From the IMG/VR virus record IMGVR_UViG_3300031088_000645: DNA of 64,000 bases, one strand, 5' to 3'. A program made the position numbers and the translations under genes. Position 1 is the stretch's first letter. Each line of letters begins with the position of its first letter. Source of the DNA: an uncultured virus (IMG/VR IMGVR_UViG_3300031088_000645) (Duplodnaviria; Heunggongvirae; Uroviricota; Caudoviricetes). Shown one piece after another: positions 58,207 to 64,000 of the stretch. The notes beneath the pieces were generated by a model. It was given only the letters and a program-made list of their open reading frames with translations, was not told the origin of the DNA and did not search any database.

Positions 58207-59952
58207 ATGAGCCTAGCCTTCAGCCCCGCCTTGCGCCATGAAGTAAAGCCTAATTTTGCACTGCATGATCCTCAGATTGGCTGGATTTCAGCTAGCTATC
58301 TGGATGGCACTAGTCGACTGGTAGACCTAAGTACAGTCCTCAAAGAGGCTCATCTAATCAAGCGGGTATCCCTCCGCAATTCCGTTTCCAGTATTTCTCT
58401 ATATCGACTGCTTCTTTCCATTTCCTATGCAGATTTCAAATACAGCAACCCGGATGAATGGCTAGATGACCGAGTAGACAAGGTTGAGCAGAACCTCGGG
58501 TTCAACCCGCAGTTCGTTGACAGCTACTTCGCAAAGCATCATGATCGCTTCTATCTCATCCACCCAGATTTCCCTTTCCTACAGGACGCTTCTGTTTACA
58601 CACAGTACAATGCTAAGGCGTACAACGAGCATGCTGCACAGCCGGACGTTGTAGGCAAGGATCTTGATAATCGTCGTAAGGTCTGGAGTGGCGCTCTATC
58701 GCCCATCTCGGGTATCTATCCCAACGCTATCAACATTACCAAAGAAGGTAACCCCCGCGAAGTGTGGGGTCTTCCGGTTGATGATATCTACGACACAGCG
58801 TCTTCCGAGAGCGATCAAATCTCGATACTCATGACCGCTCTGCTTCACCAGAGGTATTCTCATGCTTCCATCAATAGGGGCGCGCGACCTTTGATTGGGT
58901 TATCTGGTCTTTCTGACACCCATCTTGCTGCACACGCATTTAGGTGTGCAACTGGATACGTTATCGAGACGGGTTCGCTTTACCAAACGCTTCTCACCTC
59001 GATGGAATACTTCTCTCCTGAAGAACTTGACGGTGACATCCCAGAGTGGGAGCGAGAGGTTGATGAGACTACTGGCACTCTTGCTCTCAAGGGGTACAAC
59101 ATTGAGTACACCGATATTGTCAAGTTCATCTCTTCAAGCAAGACTGGTCCTCGCAGTAGCGTCAATATGACCCAGATGGCTGTTCTCCTGGTGCCTGACG
59201 TGAGTAATGACCTCTCTCAGATCAAGCAAATTCGTCGCCCCGCATTCAACTTCAAGCACCACCTAGCACCCGGCTCGACGAAAGATAAGCTTCCCTTCCC
59301 GATTACTTGGAACCCTTTCGTGGCGATCAAAGATGACGGTAGAGCGCTCAAATTGGTGACTGAAGTTTCGGAAGCTACGTCGATGGGTTCTTCAAGTATC
59401 TTCAAGGTGCCATTCCTGAATAACGAAGCAATCACCAAGCCGTACTCAGTGACTTCGGTACAGCGTGATGATGACCTGCGAAATGTTCTTCCTGCAAGCA
59501 AGCGAACTCTTAGGGTATTCGTGTTCGCGGCGGATGCCACGAAGGAAAAGGACTATGCCGACTTCATTTTGGTTCGCCCCGACACCTCAGCGCTAATTCG
59601 CACATCTCAGGATGAGCAACGAATTGCCAACTGGATGGAGTTTGGTGGATACATCAGAGCGCTTGTTAACGGTAATATCTCATCGTTGGCGAAGCGTGAT
59701 GGCACAAGCATCGATGTAGCCGGTGCCAACTATCTCTTCTGGCAGCGTTACCAGTCTCTTTTCTTTGGGTTGAACGCATCTTCTATCGAACCTGTGTCAG
59801 GTCATCTCAAAGAGATTGTGGCGTTAGCTCTTGAGGTCTTCGACAACTACACCAGCAGTTACTTTGTCAGCCGCCCATTGGTTACCTCTGGAAAGCGCGG
59901 GTTGATTCAAGGCTCCATCTACAAGAAGGGCAAGACCTATGGCACCGACTGA
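58207..59952 (+). CDS. cas8e: Type I-E Cascade large subunit Cas8e/Cse1
   Basis: WIS...EAHLIK...LYRLLLSI...DRFYLIHPDFPFLQ; first gene of the operon. Confidence 0.8.
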   Translation: MSLAFSPALRHEVKPNFALHDPQIGWISASYLDGTSRLVDLSTVLKEAHLIKRVSLRNSVSSISLYRLLLSISYADFKYSNPDEWLDDRVDKVEQNLGFNPQFVDSYFAKHHDRFYLIHPDFPFLQDASVYTQYNAKAYNEHAAQPDVVGKDLDNRRKVWSGALSPISGIYPNAINITKEGNPREVWGLPVDDIYDTASSESDQISILMTALLHQRYSHASINRGARPLIGLSGLSDTHLAAHAFRCATGYVIETGSLYQTLLTSMEYFSPEELDGDIPEWEREVDETTGTLALKGYNIEYTDIVKFISSSKTGPRSSVNMTQMAVLLVPDVSNDLSQIKQIRRPAFNFKHHLAPGSTKDKLPFPITWNPFVAIKDDGRALKLVTEVSEATSMGSSSIFKVPFLNNEAITKPYSVTSVQRDDDLRNVLPASKRTLRVFVFAADATKEKDYADFILVRPDTSALIRTSQDEQRIANWMEFGGYIRALVNGNISSLAKRDGTSIDVAGANYLFWQRYQSLFFGLNASSIEPVSGHLKEIVALALEVFDNYTSSYFVSRPLVTSGKRGLIQGSIYKKGKTYGTD

Positions 59953-60460
59953 TGCCTACCGAAGACTAGCTGAGCACATCCTCAATGCCGGTCGATACGA
60001 CTTCATTCGATGGAGCCGCGCTGTCGAGGCATCTCTGGATGGCGAGGCTAAGGCACTACTCAACCGCTTTGGTATTTCTAGCTACCAGAGTAAGCCATTG
60101 GCTAACCTTCTCTCCTGCCTGCATTTTGTCAACAAGCAGTCTGTTCTCTTCCTACCGGAAGAAGGGAAGGGTAGCTACTACGGTGCCAATATCGGGGTAA
60201 TACTCAATAGCCGAGTAAGCGGACTCAGTGACGAAGAAGTCAAGGCACAGAGTTTCATCAAGGTGTGGATGAGCAACAACGCAGAGCAGTTTGCGTCTTC
60301 ATCACTACCCAAGCTGCTTCGCTATAACGGCAGTCGTAGCAACCCCGTCCGCATCCCGCTTGACGCATTGTTGCGCGTCATCCTCAGGTGGGATGAACAC
60401 AAGACCGAAATCATCACCGCGCTCTCTCAAGAGTACTTTACGAAAGGTAACACCAAATGA
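59939..60460 (+). CDS. cse2: Probable Cas11/Cse2 small subunit (divergent)
   Basis: Size and position between cas8e and cas7; helical, ...ILRWD...SQEYF end. Confidence 0.6.
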   Translation: MAPTDAYRRLAEHILNAGRYDFIRWSRAVEASLDGEAKALLNRFGISSYQSKPLANLLSCLHFVNKQSVLFLPEEGKGSYYGANIGVILNSRVSGLSDEEVKAQSFIKVWMSNNAEQFASSSLPKLLRYNGSRSNPVRIPLDALLRVILRWDEHKTEIITALSQEYFTKGNTK

Positions 60461-61650
60461 GTAGCTATATCGATATCGAAATTCTGCACACCCTCCCCTT
60501 CTCCAACTCCAACCGAGATGATGCTGGACTACCCAAGACTGTCACGGTAGGCGGATCTACCCGAGGTAGACTTTCCAGCCAGTCCATCAAGCGAGCGTCT
60601 CGCTACTACGGACTCGACCGCGCTGAGGGCTATGGTCTTTCAGAGAACGGTGGTGCTGGGTACTTCCGTACCAAGTACATTGCCAACGCTGTAGAGGACC
60701 GCATCAAGGAGCTAGATGGCGGCTCTGAGGCTGTAGAGCGCGTCCGCACTCAGCTTTACGGTGACACCGCATTTGGTAAGCTCTCCAAGCCTGACAAGAC
60801 TGCTAAGGATCAGGTCGAGAAGGGTCTCGTACTATCTGTCGTCACAACTGGTGAGGTTGACACCCTGGCGCACAAGTTCATCGAGGGTGATGTAACCCCC
60901 GCAGAGATCCTTGACGTGTTGAAGTCTAGTGCCAAGAAGGATATCGCTCTTTGGGGTCGCTTCTTTGCTTCTGCCAACTCCGCTAGCCTTGATGGTTCGG
61001 CTCAGGTTGCTCACGCCATTACGACACACAGTGTCAACACCGAGGCGGATTTCTTCGTCGGTATGGATGATCTTGCTCCGGTCTACTCAGAGCACGGCGG
61101 CGGAGGTCACCCGGATGACAGTTTCTACCTGACGGGTACGTTCTACAAGTACGCCAACATCAATCTAGACGAGACCATCGCAAACCTCTTGAACCTAGAT
61201 TTTGACGGCAAGAAGGCTACCATCAAGGGTGACCGCGATACTGCTATCGCTGATGCTGCTGAGGTAATTGAGAAGTTCATTCGATCCTTTGCGCTGAGCG
61301 TGCCTCAGGGAAAGATTCGCTCATCTGCTCACCAGACTCTTCCCAGCTACATTCGTGTCTCGTTGAGGAATGATCGACCGGTCAATGCTTCGACCGCTTT
61401 CGACTCCGCCATTCCGCAGTCCGAGAAGAACATCGCGCAGGCTTCTCTAGACCGTCTTGCTACTACACACGCTAGCTTGAACGGACTCATCGGTGAGCCT
61501 GTAGTTGCATTCGTGTGGTCATCTGACGATGCTGCTGAGGTGCTAGGAGACAAGCGCGCTTCTCTCAACGAGTTGGTCTCTTCCATCATCGCTACCTCTG
61601 GTGACGTTGTAGAAAAGGCAGCGGATCGCTTCATCGGTCTAGCTGAGTAA
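60457..61650 (+). CDS. cas7: Type I-E Cas7/Cse4
   Basis: PFSNSNRDDAGLPKT..GG..R.RLSSQSIKRA, DIALWGR, QVAHAITTH, TFYKYA. Confidence 0.93.
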   Translation: MSSYIDIEILHTLPFSNSNRDDAGLPKTVTVGGSTRGRLSSQSIKRASRYYGLDRAEGYGLSENGGAGYFRTKYIANAVEDRIKELDGGSEAVERVRTQLYGDTAFGKLSKPDKTAKDQVEKGLVLSVVTTGEVDTLAHKFIEGDVTPAEILDVLKSSAKKDIALWGRFFASANSASLDGSAQVAHAITTHSVNTEADFFVGMDDLAPVYSEHGGGGHPDDSFYLTGTFYKYANINLDETIANLLNLDFDGKKATIKGDRDTAIADAAEVIEKFIRSFALSVPQGKIRSSAHQTLPSYIRVSLRNDRPVNASTAFDSAIPQSEKNIAQASLDRLATTHASLNGLIGEPVVAFVWSSDDAAEVLGDKRASLNELVSSIIATSGDVVEKAADRFIGLAE

Positions 61651-61653
61651 CCC

Positions 61654-62391
61654 GTGCTGTTTCTAGCTATGGTGTTTCATGCACCTTTGCAAAGCTGGGG
61701 TGCCGTAAACCTTCCTGAGTCCAATTCAGCTTCACCTCGCAAGACACATCTTTTCCCCACTAAGAGTGCAGTTATCGGTCTTCTTAGATCTGCTCTTGGT
61801 GTTGAAAGAGGATACGGTGACGAGCTAGATTTGGACAGCCTTCGTATCCTCTCTAGAGCAGACAGGGTAGGAAGAGTTCAGCGTGACTACCAGATCTCCC
61901 AGCGAACCCATCATGGTTTCAATGCAGGTACGACTAAGGAGATTCCGAAGATGTTCTTGGAAGAGTCTACCTTTGTGGTCTTGGTAGGTCACAAAGACAC
62001 CGCTGTGGTCGAGAAGCTTTCGAATGCCATCCAGAACCCAGAGTGGGCACCTTTCTTCGGTAGGCGCGCCCATGTGCCGTCATTGCCCATCTCATTGGGG
62101 ACGGCTACCAGTGAAGACCCCCGTGCGCTTCTTCAAGAGCTTCCTGTATTCTGGGGAGAAGAAGAACGTTGGTTGGCTGAAAAGACGGTACCGACTTACG
62201 ACTCAGTAGGACAAGGCAGTGACCGCCCCGAGGTGGTCATCGATCAGCCAGTTTCGTTCCACCCTAGGGACAGAAATTACACCGAGCGCACACACTATGT
62301 GTTCAACACAAAGGCTCAAAGAGAGCCGAAGAAGTTATCAATCGTAGAGCAGTACATCGAAATCAGGAAGGCGCTAATCAATGTTCATTAG
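61654..62391 (+). CDS. cas5: Type I-E Cas5
   Basis: APLQSWG, PTKSAVIGLL..ALG, RDYQ, FFGRR. Confidence 0.9.
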   Translation: MLFLAMVFHAPLQSWGAVNLPESNSASPRKTHLFPTKSAVIGLLRSALGVERGYGDELDLDSLRILSRADRVGRVQRDYQISQRTHHGFNAGTTKEIPKMFLEESTFVVLVGHKDTAVVEKLSNAIQNPEWAPFFGRRAHVPSLPISLGTATSEDPRALLQELPVFWGEEERWLAEKTVPTYDSVGQGSDRPEVVIDQPVSFHPRDRNYTERTHYVFNTKAQREPKKLSIVEQYIEIRKALINVH

Positions 62392-62992
62392 CCGTGTCAA
62401 TGTAGGTCCAGATGCTCCGCTCTTTACTCGTGGACGCAATGGTGTCCGTGAGCATCAATTTGTGATGTCTCTTTTCCCAGATGGTTTGGATGACAAATCA
62501 CCTCGCTCTGCCATCAATGCTCTCTGGCGGCTCGATGCGACCAAAATGGGCGAGCTAAAAGTCACCATCAAGTCGGATATCCTTCCTTCCCTCGACAACG
62601 TGAAATCGGACAGGATGCGTAATGCAGTGTCCCTGGAATCAAAGGAGTTCGATGGATTTGCAAGGGCTATTGCTCTTGGAGATGTCTCGTACTCAGTTCG
62701 TCTGAACAGTATCAAGCGCAGCGATAACGGCGAGCGCCCACTACGCAACCTGGATGAAATTGCCGCTTGGTGGAAAGACAAGGCTGCTGGCTGTGGGCTA
62801 TCTATTGATGAAAGCAAGCTTGATATCGCTGTTGAGAGCGCTCTGGAGAGAACTAAAGACTCCCTGCTTGCTAGCACCCAGATTTCAGGTAGAGGAACTG
62901 TGACAGATGCAGAGAAGCTTGATTCGGCAGTTCGAGATGGGGTCGGACGCGGCAAGAATTACGGATTTGGGTTGCTGCTGATTGGTGGGTAA
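62381..62992 (+). CDS. cas6e: Type I-E Cas6e/Cse3
   Basis: HQFVMSLFP, LWR, C-terminal GVGRGKNYGFGLL. Confidence 0.9.
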   Translation: MFISRVNVGPDAPLFTRGRNGVREHQFVMSLFPDGLDDKSPRSAINALWRLDATKMGELKVTIKSDILPSLDNVKSDRMRNAVSLESKEFDGFARAIALGDVSYSVRLNSIKRSDNGERPLRNLDEIAAWWKDKAAGCGLSIDESKLDIAVESALERTKDSLLASTQISGRGTVTDAEKLDSAVRDGVGRGKNYGFGLLLIGG

Positions 62993-63105
62993 GCAGTATC
63001 TTGTTTTGGGATAGACCCTTCCACAAGTTGCATCATGATGATGAGCGCGTGTATGGTTGAACTAACGGCAAGGGAACAGCCCAAGCCCCATTCAGAGGAA
63101 TCATC

Positions 63106-63279
63106 ATGGCTAAGTCGGACAAGGAAGTCGTTCGGGATATTCTTCGTGCACAGGGTATCTCGGCTGAGCCTACCCCTGAGGCTATCAAAGTCTTCGCTAA
63201 TGCTCGTGCCCATAGCTATCTTGAAGGCGTTCGTGACACGAATTCCGACAACGACTTCAGCCCTGAAATTTTTGACTAG
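63106..63279 (+). CDS. Small protein (57 aa), not in ORF track
   Basis: MAKSDKEVVRDILRAQG...FSPEIFD; GAGGA RBS. Confidence 0.5.
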   Translation: MAKSDKEVVRDILRAQGISAEPTPEAIKVFANARAHSYLEGVRDTNSDNDFSPEIFD

Positions 63280-63356
63280 TCTCCGCGTGTAAAGGTCTGA
63301 ACCTCCAGTATCCCATCTGTTACACTGCGTATCCGATGACACCTTTGGAGACTAAG

Positions 63357-63842
63357 ATGACGGATTCTAACCCAAACGCAGCAGACTACAGATGGACGCA
63401 CGTCCGTAGCGATGATGGACTTACTCTCACTTCAACTGTGAGTACCGAAGGTCTTGAATACTCAGTGAGCATGAGGTGGGATGACCGCAAGACCGCTGAC
63501 GCTATGGTGGAGCAGGCGAAGTCTGACGTTGAAGAGCGTGCGTATCTTGTCATCGGAACTGATCCTGCGAAGGAAGCAGACGCAAATACCACAGTCAAGA
63601 ATGTTGGAGAACTTTTCGGCTACAAAATTCGTCTTGGTCGCTCCAGCGGTGGACCTAGCTCTAAGGTTGCCAAGATCGCTCTCGGTGGGCGTGAGGCTTC
63701 ACTGAACCTCAACGAAGAAGGCAAGTGGGACCGCAAGAGCATCAACTTTGCAAAGCGAAATCCTGAGACCTCTAAGACCAGCCTATTCGCAACCTCTGCG
63801 AAGAATAGCCTGTGGCTGAGTGTCAGCAAGAGTGCGGACTAG
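63357..63842 (+). CDS. Hypothetical protein
   Basis: GGAG RBS before MTDSNP. Confidence 0.55.
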   Translation: MTDSNPNAADYRWTHVRSDDGLTLTSTVSTEGLEYSVSMRWDDRKTADAMVEQAKSDVEERAYLVIGTDPAKEADANTTVKNVGELFGYKIRLGRSSGGPSSKVAKIALGGREASLNLNEEGKWDRKSINFAKRNPETSKTSLFATSAKNSLWLSVSKSAD

Positions 63843-64000
63843 GACAAAAGCGATAGAGGTTTCACTTGCGCTCCTTCCTAGGTAGTGCTAAGCTATAAAT
63901 ATCGGAAAAGCTTAGACAAACAACCAAAAGGAAACCTCATGTCGCTCATCAACCTGTGCGCCCTCTGCAAGTCGCACGCTGATCAGGAATACCACTCCAC

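Noticed and set aside
51726..62992. Classifying the locus as type I-F because of the Cas2-3 fusion
   Set aside because: Cas1, Cas5, Cas6, Cas7, Cas8, a Cse2-position gene and the repeat hairpin are all I-E-like
63035..63292. 85-aa ORF in the track after cas6e
   Set aside because: The alternative frame 63106..63279 has an RBS and more protein-like composition
1..64000. tRNA, rRNA, integrase, transposase or virion structural genes
   Set aside because: None recognised by eye; tRNAscan and HMM searches are needed to exclude them

Overview
This 64-kb window looks like part of a large mobile replicon, either a jumbo phage or a giant plasmid, of an actinobacterial host. It contains no virion or conjugation core genes, so the type cannot be settled. 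It is gene-dense with many short orphan genes, mixed strands, frequent leaderless starts and host-like cargo (terD, DUF475, ATP-grasp, YceI, tdk, glyA, DUF3039, peptidase C26, MSMEG_6728-like). Two things stand out. (1) Sixteen proteins with otherwise largely unrelated bodies share an N-terminal leader, P-x-x-I-[VIT]-D-[KR]-N-G-K-x-T-T-V-[HY]. The cargo includes two R-S-ExE ADP-ribosyltransferases, five Zn-ribbon/ART-like paralogs and two Cys-His-Asp enzymes. All nine transcription units carrying them are preceded by a non-canonical promoter-like motif, TGTCAC-N10/11-TANANT. Together this suggests a co-regulated, tagged-effector delivery system. (2) A complete type I-E CRISPR-Cas locus has Cas2 fused in frame to Cas3, an architecture normally diagnostic of type I-F, with arrays of 38 and 8 repeats. 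Also present are four atypical pilin-like proteins with variable C-termini and a helically phased array of TTGT-N9-ACA palindromes. All family calls come from visual motif recognition, not database searches.
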